This document shows, piece by piece, positions 27,295-35,887 of a stretch of 64,000 nucleotides of DNA (its first letter is position 1; the number at the start of each line of letters is the position of its first letter). The position numbers and the translations under genes were made by a program. Under the pieces are notes generated by a model. The model was given only the letters and a program-made list of their open reading frames with translations. It did no database searches and was not told the DNA's origin. Origin of the DNA: a bacterium (GTDB lineage: Bacteria; Myxococcota_A; UBA9160; UBA6930); contig JAAELW010000079.1 of the NCBI GenBank assembly GCA_024226235.1, forward strand, positions 366 to 64,365, read 5' to 3'.

Positions 27295-28635
27295 TTGTCA
27301 CGAGAACTCGATCTCAGCGTAGACCCGGCCAAGGAGTATCAGCGCAAGCTGATCGCAGCGGATGAGGCCGCCGGCATGGTGAACTCCGGAGAGTTGATCT
27401 ACATGCCGAGCACCCACCAGCCTCCAGCCATCCTGGCCGCATTGGCGGCGCGCGAGGAAGAACTGGAAGACGTCGCGATTCGCAGTGTCGTGATTCCGAA
27501 CATGGGATGGTTCCGCGAAGACGCACGCAAAGCCTGGAACCTGCAGGTCCAGTACGCCATGGCGCCCGACAACCGCGAGGCGCTGACCGATCGACTGATC
27601 GACTTCCACCCCTTTCACATGATTCAGCAGCACAAGGCAGCGGACTTCCGACCCGAGGAGGGTCGGCCCATCGACATCCTGATGCTGGTCGTATCCCCGC
27701 CGAACGAAAAGGGCTATGTCTGCATCGGCAACGCGTGTTGGGATGCGGTCACCAGTGTCGCCAGGGCGGGCAAGGTGATCGTCGAGATTTCACCGGCCAT
27801 CCCGCGAACGTGTGGCGACGCCTGGATCCACGTCTCACAGATCGATGCCTTCGTGTCGGGAGATCGCGTGCGCCTGGCCGCACCAGATCCCGACCCGGCC
27901 AGCTTCCCCGATGTGGATCGCAGGATCGCCGCCAACGTCAAGAGCCTCGTACGGGATGGCGACACCTTGCAGATCGGCCTCGGCAAACACACAGCGGCCT
28001 TGGCACTGCTCGGCGCTTTCGACGATGCCAACGATCTGGGGTTCTTTGCTGAACTCACGATCCCGGGCACAGTGAATCTTGCAAGGCGGGGCATCATCAA
28101 TTCCAGGCGCGCGGATGTCCACCCCAACCAATTCATCGCCTGTTGCATGGGCAATAGCCCCGAAGACCTCGAATACATCGAGAACAACCCCTTCTTCCAG
28201 ATGAAATCATACGAGCACACCAACGACCCGCGCGTCATCGCCCAGCACGAACACATGCTCACCTTGAATGGCGCATTGATGGTCGACCTGAGCGGACAGA
28301 TAGGCGTCTATGCAATCGGCCCCCGGGTCTACAGCGGTACCGGCGGACAGCTGGCCTTTCATCTGGGCGCCTCCATGGCCCGGCAGGGACGTGCCTGCAC
28401 AGTGCTTCCCTCGACGGCCCAGGCCGGAAAGATCTCCACCATCGTCCCGAAGTTCGAGGCGGGACAGATCGTCTCGATCCCACGCGAACTGGCGGACACG
28501 ATCGTGACAGACCACGGCATCGCCAGACTGCACGGCAAGACCGTGCGCGAACGCTCCGAGGAACTCATCCTCGCCGCACATCCGGACCACCGGGATTGGT
28601 TGCGCGACGAGGCCAAGCGTCTCTACTACCCGTGA
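27295..28635 (+). CDS. Acetyl-CoA hydrolase/transferase family CoA-transferase (4-hydroxybutyrate CoA-transferase-like)
   Basis: Family blocks MVDLSGQIG and YSGTGGQLAF. N-terminal EYQRKLIAADEAAGMVNSGELIY. TTG start as given by the track. Confidence 0.8.
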   Translation: MSRELDLSVDPAKEYQRKLIAADEAAGMVNSGELIYMPSTHQPPAILAALAAREEELEDVAIRSVVIPNMGWFREDARKAWNLQVQYAMAPDNREALTDRLIDFHPFHMIQQHKAADFRPEEGRPIDILMLVVSPPNEKGYVCIGNACWDAVTSVARAGKVIVEISPAIPRTCGDAWIHVSQIDAFVSGDRVRLAAPDPDPASFPDVDRRIAANVKSLVRDGDTLQIGLGKHTAALALLGAFDDANDLGFFAELTIPGTVNLARRGIINSRRADVHPNQFIACCMGNSPEDLEYIENNPFFQMKSYEHTNDPRVIAQHEHMLTLNGALMVDLSGQIGVYAIGPRVYSGTGGQLAFHLGASMARQGRACTVLPSTAQAGKISTIVPKFEAGQIVSIPRELADTIVTDHGIARLHGKTVRERSEELILAAHPDHRDWLRDEAKRLYYP

Positions 28636-28659
28636 AGCACCCTTGACGATCGGTCGCAG

Positions 28660-30297
28660 CTACCCCTCGACCAGACCTCGTCTGCTGGCCGCATACGCCT
28701 CGGCCCATTGATAGTCGGGCTTCCCGCTTGGCGCCCGTTGGATCTCGTCGACCACATGCAATTCCCGGGGAACCTTGTATCCGGCGATCTGCGTGCGGAT
28801 CTCCTTCTGTATTTCGTCGAGGGAGATCTTCCTGTCATTCCGCACTGCAACCACTGCAGTCACCTTGCGACCCCAACGTTCATCGGGTGTGCCCACCACC
28901 AGGCAATCGAGAATGTCGGGATGGGCCTTCAACGCCTGCTCGACCTCTTCCGGAAATATCTTCTCACCGCCGGAGTTGATGCAGTTGGAACCGCGACCGA
29001 ATACGGTAATCGACTCATCCTCTTCCAGCTGTGCAGCATCACCGGTCAACAACCAGGCCTTGCCTTCCACTTGAATGACCGTTCTGGCCGTCTTCTCGGG
29101 ATCGCCGTAGTAACCGACAGGGAGATAGCCTGAACGCGCGAAGATCCCCATCTCGCCGGGTTGGGCCCGACGTGCGGGTCGACCCTCTTCTTCGACGATG
29201 ACATCCATGAATTCGCTGCGTGCCACATTGCCGAGACCCGCCGAGGTCTTCCTCTGTCCGCTGTCCATTCCCATCTGGCCCGATTCCGAAGAACCGAAGG
29301 CATTGGTGATGACAACATTGGGGAAGATCCGCTTGAACTCCTGTTGCTTGGAATCAGAGAAGACCGCACCCCCCGAACCGACGCTCAATACACAGCCGAG
29401 CTCCCAGCGATCGGGATTCGCCTTCAAGGTATCCAACAAGGGAACCGCCATGGCATCACCGACGATGGATATGGTGTTGATCTTTTCCTTCTCGACGAGA
29501 TCCCATACCTGCTCACCCTTGATGGACCTGTTCGGGTTGAGCACGAGTTTGTTGCCCGCCAGCATCTGGATACACGCGTACCACCAGCAAGCTCCGTGCA
29601 TCAGAGGGGCCAAAGCAATGCCGGAAAGGGTCAGGCCCTCCGTGGCGCGCGAGACGATGTCCTCGGGCTCGTGACAGGGGCCATCCGGATGAAAATGGCC
29701 ACCACCACCCATCCCAGCGAAGAACACCGATTTGTGCGGCCACATCACACCCTTGGGCATGCCGGTCGTACCACCGGTATAGAGAATGAACAGGTCGTCA
29801 TCAGCGCGCTGTTCGAAATCCCTTTGCGAGCTTCCTCCGCGGATTGCGGCTTCAAATTCTGTCGCACCGATCCCCGCCAATGCGAAGTCACTGCCGTCTT
29901 CCACTGAGATGAACAGCTTCAGGTCCGGAACCGAACCCCGTACCGCCTCGATCGCGGGAATGAATTCCCGACCGTGGATGCATGCCACCAGATCGGCATC
30001 ATCGAAGATGTAGAGAAGCTCCGCATCCACGTAGCGGTAGTTGACGTTGATCGGTACCGCACGGACCTTGAAACAGGCCAACATGCCTTCGAGGTATTCG
30101 TTGCAGTTGTACATGTAGAGACCGACGTGATCCCCAGCCTCGACGCCATGGTCTTTCAGGAAGTGCGCCAGGCGATTGGCACGTTCTTCCAACTCGCCGA
30201 AAGTGGATCGTGCCTCACCGCAGACCAGAGCCTCGCGTTCGGGCATGGCGTCCGCGACGAGTTCGAAGAGGTCGGCAATGTTGAAGGTCCTCTTCAT
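28660..30297 (-). CDS. Acyl-CoA synthetase (FadD-like)
   Basis: ILYTGGTTGMPKGVMW, FGSSESG, and C-terminal APSGKPDY. Confidence 0.9.
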   Translation of the reverse strand: MKRTFNIADLFELVADAMPEREALVCGEARSTFGELEERANRLAHFLKDHGVEAGDHVGLYMYNCNEYLEGMLACFKVRAVPINVNYRYVDAELLYIFDDADLVACIHGREFIPAIEAVRGSVPDLKLFISVEDGSDFALAGIGATEFEAAIRGGSSQRDFEQRADDDLFILYTGGTTGMPKGVMWPHKSVFFAGMGGGGHFHPDGPCHEPEDIVSRATEGLTLSGIALAPLMHGACWWYACIQMLAGNKLVLNPNRSIKGEQVWDLVEKEKINTISIVGDAMAVPLLDTLKANPDRWELGCVLSVGSGGAVFSDSKQQEFKRIFPNVVITNAFGSSESGQMGMDSGQRKTSAGLGNVARSEFMDVIVEEEGRPARRAQPGEMGIFARSGYLPVGYYGDPEKTARTVIQVEGKAWLLTGDAAQLEEDESITVFGRGSNCINSGGEKIFPEEVEQALKAHPDILDCLVVGTPDERWGRKVTAVVAVRNDRKISLDEIQKEIRTQIAGYKVPRELHVVDEIQRAPSGKPDYQWAEAYAASRRGLVEG

Positions 30298-30303
30298 GGC
30301 AGG

Positions 30304-31437
30304 CTAGATCACCCCCGTATCGCGGAATGACGCGATCTCATCGCTGCTGAAGCCCGCCTCGCCGAGCACCTCGTCGCTATGCTCTCCGAGCTTGGCCGGG
30401 CCGGCGCCGAGGTCGGCTGTCGTACGCGAGAAGCGCGGTGCGGGACGTGGTTGCCGAACACCGTCATTCACGGGAAATGCTGCCCGCGCGGCGTTGTGCG
30501 GATGCTCGTGGGCTTCGGACATGGCGAGGACCGGGGCAAAGCAGGCGTCGCTGTTCTCGAATACAGCGCACCACTGGTCCCGGGTCTTCGTCTTGAAGAT
30601 TTCCGACAGTCGCTCCTTGAGGGCCGGCCACTGGCTTTGATCCATCTGCTCGGGCAGGTCGGCACCCGCGAGACCCAGCCGCTCGACGAGGCTGGCGTAG
30701 AACTGGGGTTCGATGGAGCCGATCGACACCCACTTGCCGTCGGCGGTCTCGTATACTTCGTAGAAGTGGGCACCCGAGTCGAGCATGTTCGTACCGCGCT
30801 CCTCGCTCCACCAGCCCGCCTGGTGCGCACCGTAGATACTGGTGAGCAGAAGCGAGACGCCGTCCACCATCGCAGCGTCGACGACCTGCCCCTGACCACT
30901 GCCCTTCGTCTCGAGCAGCGCGCACACGATGCCAAAGGCCATCAGCAATCCGCCTCCCCCGAAATCTCCGACCAGGTTGAGCGGAATGGCGGGCTTCTCT
31001 CCCTTCCGGCCAATCGCGTGAAGAGCACCCGTCAGGGACACGTAGTTGATGTCGTGGCCCGCCTCCTGGGCGAGAGGACCCTCCTGTCCCCATCCCGTCA
31101 TGCGGCCGTAGACGAGACGCGGGTTGCGTTCCAGGCAAGCGTCGGGCCCGATTCCGAGCCTTTCTGTCACGCCCGGGCGGAAGCCTTCGACGAAACCATC
31201 TGCTCCTTCGACGAGACGCATGACGACATCGACGCCCGCTGGCTTCTTCAAATCGACGCAGATACAGCGCTTTCCGCGATTGACGAGATCGGCAGGTCCC
31301 GTGGGAAAGGTGCCACCCCCGGGGCGCTCGATACGGATCACATCCGCCCCCATGTCACCAAGAACCATCGCGGCAAACGGCCCGGGGCCGAGGCCGGATA
31401 TCTCGATGATTCGTGTTCCTTGCAACGGACCCATCAC
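30304..31437 (-). CDS. Alpha-methylacyl-CoA racemase-like family III CoA-transferase-fold protein
   Basis: GPLQGTRIIEISGLGPGPFAAMVLGDMGADVIRIERPG opening plus AGHDINYVSLTGALH, the racemase-type HD(I)NY block. Its stop lies 6 nt upstream of the start (30297) of the downstream ligase gene. Confidence 0.8.
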   Translation of the reverse strand: MMGPLQGTRIIEISGLGPGPFAAMVLGDMGADVIRIERPGGGTFPTGPADLVNRGKRCICVDLKKPAGVDVVMRLVEGADGFVEGFRPGVTERLGIGPDACLERNPRLVYGRMTGWGQEGPLAQEAGHDINYVSLTGALHAIGRKGEKPAIPLNLVGDFGGGGLLMAFGIVCALLETKGSGQGQVVDAAMVDGVSLLLTSIYGAHQAGWWSEERGTNMLDSGAHFYEVYETADGKWVSIGSIEPQFYASLVERLGLAGADLPEQMDQSQWPALKERLSEIFKTKTRDQWCAVFENSDACFAPVLAMSEAHEHPHNAARAAFPVNDGVRQPRPAPRFSRTTADLGAGPAKLGEHSDEVLGEAGFSSDEIASFRDTGVI

Positions 31438-31533
31438 GACTCTCCTTGATCTGTTTGGTCTGCGCGGTGGTCCGGCGAGCAGGGCACGAGGCTTCCGGCC
31501 TCCGCACGTCGGACGATATTCCTGGTTTCGTCT

Positions 31534-32760
31534 CTATCCGACGCGATGCGCCTCGAAAGTCTGCGCGCCAGCGTTCTCGTCGAGCAGATGGCGGGCAATC
31601 GTGAGAATCTGGATTTCGGTCGTTCCTCCGCCCAGCTCGAGAAGCTTGGCATCGCGTACGAGGCGTTCCACCTCGTACTCGGATATGTAGCCGTAGCCCC
31701 CAAGAATGTGGATCGCTTGCTGCGTGACTCGTGAGCCCACTTCTGCAACGTATAGCTTGGCCGCACAAGCATCGATGACCGAACCGGTCTGTTGCTTTGC
31801 ATAGACGATACGACGGCTGTTGCTGATATCCACGTACATGCGTGCGAGGCGTTCCTGTACGAGTTGATAGTTCGCGATCGGCTGACCGCCCTGTTCGCGG
31901 CTCTTCGCATACTCCAGCGCAATCTCGAATGCCTTCTCCGCGAGTGCATAACTCAGCGTCGCGATACCCAGGCGTTCTCCGGCCAGAGACTTGCGGACGT
32001 GATCTCGGTCCTCGACGCCACGGCCCAGGAGGTTGTCCGCGGGCACCTCCACGTCATCGAAGAAGACTTCACCGGTGGGGGAGGTCTTCATTCCCATTTT
32101 GTGGAACGGCTTGCTGGTGGTCACACCCTTCCACTCTCTTTCCACGATGTAGGCCTGAATCGCACCCGTGTCTGCATCCTTGGCATAGACGAGGAAGACA
32201 TCTCCATATGGGGCGTTGGTGATGAAGGTCTTGGAGCCATTCAGGATGTAGGAATCACCGGTCTTCTTTGCCGTCGTCCGCATCGAACCGAAGGCATCCG
32301 ATCCGGCGCCCGGCTCCGTCAAGCACCAACAACCGATCTTCTGCCCGCGCAGCACTGACGGCACGTATTTCTTGATCTGCTCGGGCGTACCATGCTTACG
32401 GATGTTGCCAGCACAGAGCCCGACACTCACGCCCCATGAGCTGCAAAGGCCCGGATTGACGCGAGCCATCTCGATGGTGAGCTGATTTCCCGCAAAGGTG
32501 ACGATCCGTTTCGTTTCCTCGTCATCGTCCGCGGGTTCGGCCGAGCTCTCGCCGTTCTTCACACCACCGGTGCTTTCGAGCCAATCCGCATCGGGAGCCA
32601 GGCCAAGGTCGGCGATCATCTGCTCGATGAAGGGAAAGGGCAGGATCTCCTGGTTCTCGAGCTGCTCGGTCAGAGGCGCGAGTTCGTTCTCCATGTACTT
32701 GCGGAACTGATCGCGGATGCCGCGTTCCATATCTGTGAACTGAACATCGTATACGGCCAT
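31534..32760 (-). CDS. Acyl-CoA dehydrogenase
   Basis: CLTEPGAGSD and C-terminal GGYGYISEYEVERLVRDAKLLELGGGTTEIQ. ATG at 32760 is preceded by GGGAGG. Confidence 0.9.
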   Translation of the reverse strand: MAVYDVQFTDMERGIRDQFRKYMENELAPLTEQLENQEILPFPFIEQMIADLGLAPDADWLESTGGVKNGESSAEPADDDEETKRIVTFAGNQLTIEMARVNPGLCSSWGVSVGLCAGNIRKHGTPEQIKKYVPSVLRGQKIGCWCLTEPGAGSDAFGSMRTTAKKTGDSYILNGSKTFITNAPYGDVFLVYAKDADTGAIQAYIVEREWKGVTTSKPFHKMGMKTSPTGEVFFDDVEVPADNLLGRGVEDRDHVRKSLAGERLGIATLSYALAEKAFEIALEYAKSREQGGQPIANYQLVQERLARMYVDISNSRRIVYAKQQTGSVIDACAAKLYVAEVGSRVTQQAIHILGGYGYISEYEVERLVRDAKLLELGGGTTEIQILTIARHLLDENAGAQTFEAHRVG

Positions 32761-32816
32761 GTCGACCTCCCAGGCCAGCATCGCCGAGCCGCCAACCGTC
32801 GTGCAGTGCGCTCGGC

Positions 32817-33620
32817 TCAGTGTCCCTTGAAGACGGGCTTGCGCTTTTCCAGGAAGGCGCGCGGTCCCTCGACTGCGTCCTTTGATTGCAAGACCGGCAT
32901 GCCGTAGCCGGTTTCGATCCCGAAGGCCTGCTCCTCGGGCAGCATGTCGGTCTCGCGCAATGTCGCGAGAATGGCCGTCACCGCGAGGGGGCCGTTCTCG
33001 GCAATGCGCTCGGCGATCTCCCGGGCCTTGGCAACGGCCTGGCCATCGGGCACGACGTGATTGATCAAGCCCAGCTCGAAGGCCCGTGCCGCGGTGAAGT
33101 CCTCGCCCACGAGAAGGATCTCGGCCGCGACCGCATAGGGGATCTGGCGGCGCAGCCGCACGACCGAGCCTGCCATCGGAAACAGCCCGCGCTGCACTTC
33201 GGTGACTCCGAACATGGCACTCTCGCCGGCGACGCGGATGTCGGTGCCCTGCAGGATCTCGGTCCCGCCCGCGCGCGCGAAACCCTCGGCGGCCAGAATC
33301 ACCGGTTTCTTCGGTCGGTGGGTCTTGAGCCAGGCACCCATGATCAGCGGCGGCTCACCCACGGCCCGCTTCATCCAATCGTTCTCGAGCTTTCCTGCCG
33401 TGAGCTTGGAGATCTCCGAGAGATCCATCCCAGCACAGAAGGTGTCCCCCTTCCCCGTGAGAATGGCGACGCGAAGATCATCATCGGCGTCCAGCTGGAG
33501 CCAGGCGTCATAGAGACGACACATGGCCTCGCAGTTGACCGCGTTCTTCTTCTCCGGGCGGTTCAAGGTGACGGTCAGGATCGCTCCGTCCTTCTCGACA
33601 AGCACAGCGGGGGCGGACAT
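32817..33620 (-). CDS. Enoyl-CoA hydratase/isomerase (crotonase) family
   Basis: LNRPEKKNAV, FCAGMDL, AGGTEILQGTDIRVA, EGPRAFLEKRKP. Confidence 0.9.
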   Translation of the reverse strand: MSAPAVLVEKDGAILTVTLNRPEKKNAVNCEAMCRLYDAWLQLDADDDLRVAILTGKGDTFCAGMDLSEISKLTAGKLENDWMKRAVGEPPLIMGAWLKTHRPKKPVILAAEGFARAGGTEILQGTDIRVAGESAMFGVTEVQRGLFPMAGSVVRLRRQIPYAVAAEILLVGEDFTAARAFELGLINHVVPDGQAVAKAREIAERIAENGPLAVTAILATLRETDMLPEEQAFGIETGYGMPVLQSKDAVEGPRAFLEKRKPVFKGH

Positions 33621-33671
33621 TGAATCTCCTCATGCTCGGGGCGTACCGGCTGTCACTGTGACAGATCCGGA

Positions 33672-34826
33672 TCAACTGAAGCTCGGGTTCGGATCCGAAC
33701 TCACGATCCACATCGCGAAGTAATTCGAGGCTCCACCGTAGGCGTGACCGAGGGCAACACGTGCGCCATCCACCTGGTAGTCGCCAGCGGTACCGCGGAC
33801 CTGGTTTGCAGCTTCGAGGCAGCGAACCATCCCCGACGCACCGATCGCGTTGGAAGAGAGAACACCGCCCGACATGTTCACCGGGAAATCACCACCGAGC
33901 TCGGTCGCACCCGAGTCGGTCATCTTCCAGCCGTCGCCCTCGTCGGCGATCAGGTGGCCTTCGAGCCACATCGGTTCGAACCAGCTGAAGGGGACATAGA
34001 GCTCGGCACAATCGATCTGGCGACGCGGATCGGTGATACCGGCCTTCTTGTACAAGGCCTTCGCACACTCCACACCCGCTGCCGGCTTCACCGGATCGCG
34101 GCCGGGGAATACCGTGAATTCGGTCCGCTTCGCATGAGCGAGCACCCAGGCGGGAGGTCGCGGCGTTCGCTTCGCACCGGCAACCGTCGTAATCACCATG
34201 GCCGCCGCACCGTCGGAGGAAGGGCACGCCTCGAAGAAGTGGAGGGGATCCCAGAGCATCGGGCTCTCCTTCACCTTCTCGATTGTAATTCCCTCCATCT
34301 GCAGATGTGCGTACGGATTCTTGAGCGCGTTCAAGCGATCCTTGACCGCGACCTTCCAGCCAATGTGCGGAGGCGCGCCACTCCTCTTGATGTACTCGCG
34401 AATCCATGGAGCGAAAGAACCGCCGGCACCGGCTCCTCCGCTACGGCCGCCACTCAGCGCCCACATGAAGTCGCCCTCGCTCTGCTTCTCGTACGCCAGG
34501 GTGAGAACCGTCTCATACATGCCGCTCTCGACAAGCGTCGCCGCGCTGATGGCGGTGGATGCGCCCACCGAGCCCGCAGTGTGGACGCGGTGAATGGGCT
34601 TGCCCACCGCATTCAGAGCATCCGCGAGCGATAGCTCGGGCATCATCACGCCCTCGAGGGCATCCGGAGCCTTGCCGATCACGACCGCATCGATGTCCGC
34701 AAAAGTCAGTTCCGCATCCTCGAGCGCGCGCAATGCAGCCTCGCGGACGAGACCATCCAGCGAGAGCGGGAGGCAACGGTCGTACTTGGTCTGCCCGAGT
34801 CCGACGACTCCACAGCGCTCGGCCAT
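33672..34826 (-). CDS. Thiolase-fold protein lacking the canonical nucleophile (Ltp-type, candidate retro-aldolase subunit)
   Basis: SCPx-like fold, but the nucleophile block reads VHTAGSVGASTAI (no Cys). The C-terminal block reads NMSGGVLSSNAIGASG (no GHP). Confidence 0.75.
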   Translation of the reverse strand: MAERCGVVGLGQTKYDRCLPLSLDGLVREAALRALEDAELTFADIDAVVIGKAPDALEGVMMPELSLADALNAVGKPIHRVHTAGSVGASTAISAATLVESGMYETVLTLAYEKQSEGDFMWALSGGRSGGAGAGGSFAPWIREYIKRSGAPPHIGWKVAVKDRLNALKNPYAHLQMEGITIEKVKESPMLWDPLHFFEACPSSDGAAAMVITTVAGAKRTPRPPAWVLAHAKRTEFTVFPGRDPVKPAAGVECAKALYKKAGITDPRRQIDCAELYVPFSWFEPMWLEGHLIADEGDGWKMTDSGATELGGDFPVNMSGGVLSSNAIGASGMVRCLEAANQVRGTAGDYQVDGARVALGHAYGGASNYFAMWIVSSDPNPSFS

Positions 34827-35887
34827 CAGGACTCTCCTTCCAGAATGCAGAGCAGGTTCTGCTGCAGTGCGGGTCCACTGGCCGCATGCCCGAGACCGCG
34901 TCCCGCTTCACCCGCGCGGATTCGGCGCGCCAGTTCGATGACTCGTGTCAGACCGGTCGCCATCACCGGATGACCACAGAGCGGCCCGCCGGAGGGGTTG
35001 ATCCTGGTGTGGTCGCCGAGGTCGAGTGCCTGGCGCAGAACGATCTCCTCGGGGCTGTAGCGAACGCAGAGCTCCGCCATATCGAGAGAGCCCGGGTCGA
35101 GACCCAGATGGCGCGCTGCAATACGCGACGATGGGGAGTCCGTCAGGTCGCGCAGGCCCAGGTGGTGGGATTCGATGCGATGGTCGATGCCGCGGATCCA
35201 AACCGGCTTCTCGCAAAGCTCGCGCGCACGGTGACCACGCGCGATGAGCATGGCCGATGCGCCATCGGAGATGGGCGGCAGGTCGTGTTTGCGGAGCGGC
35301 GAGGCATAGTACGGCTCTTCCAGCAGGTTTTCGGCGGGGATGTCCTTGGCGACCTGCGCGTATGGATTCGAAAGGGCATCGCGCCGGCTTCGCGAGACGA
35401 CCTCCGCGAAATCGCGCTCGCTGGCCTTCCCGGCCTGGAGCAAAGCGCTGGCCTGAAGTCCGGCCACGGAAACCGGATCGAGGCCGATCGGCGCATGAAC
35501 ATAGGGATCGGCCTGGAGAGGGAAGATCTCCCGCGGAGTGCCCGGCGACGATTTTCCGGAACCCGCGACCAGCGCGAGATCGATGTCCCCCATCTGGAGG
35601 CGCACGAACGCCTCGAAGAGCGCCCAGGCCCCATCCATCTCGACATGGGACTCATAGACCGGCGGCCAGGCACCAAAGCCGTCCACATTCGCGATGAAGC
35701 AGAATGGAGAGCCCGAAAGGTAGTCACTGCTGCCGGCAATCGTGAAATCGATCTGGTGCCGGTCGAGCCCGGTTTCCTCCAGAATCTGGTTCACGAGCCC
35801 CATCAACATCGACGGCTCGGTATCGGGGTAGCTTCGAACACAGGGCGTCTGCGCATAGGCGACGATCGCAATCTCTTCGGCCAACAC
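34826..35887 (-). CDS. Thiolase-fold protein lacking the N-terminal nucleophile Cys (partner subunit)
   Basis: The nucleophile region reads HVEMDGAWALFEA (no Cys). The C-terminal NPSGGPLCGHPVMATG is retained. Its stop overlaps the next gene's start by 1 nt (TGATG). Confidence 0.75.
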   Translation of the reverse strand: MLAEEIAIVAYAQTPCVRSYPDTEPSMLMGLVNQILEETGLDRHQIDFTIAGSSDYLSGSPFCFIANVDGFGAWPPVYESHVEMDGAWALFEAFVRLQMGDIDLALVAGSGKSSPGTPREIFPLQADPYVHAPIGLDPVSVAGLQASALLQAGKASERDFAEVVSRSRRDALSNPYAQVAKDIPAENLLEEPYYASPLRKHDLPPISDGASAMLIARGHRARELCEKPVWIRGIDHRIESHHLGLRDLTDSPSSRIAARHLGLDPGSLDMAELCVRYSPEEIVLRQALDLGDHTRINPSGGPLCGHPVMATGLTRVIELARRIRAGEAGRGLGHAASGPALQQNLLCILEGES

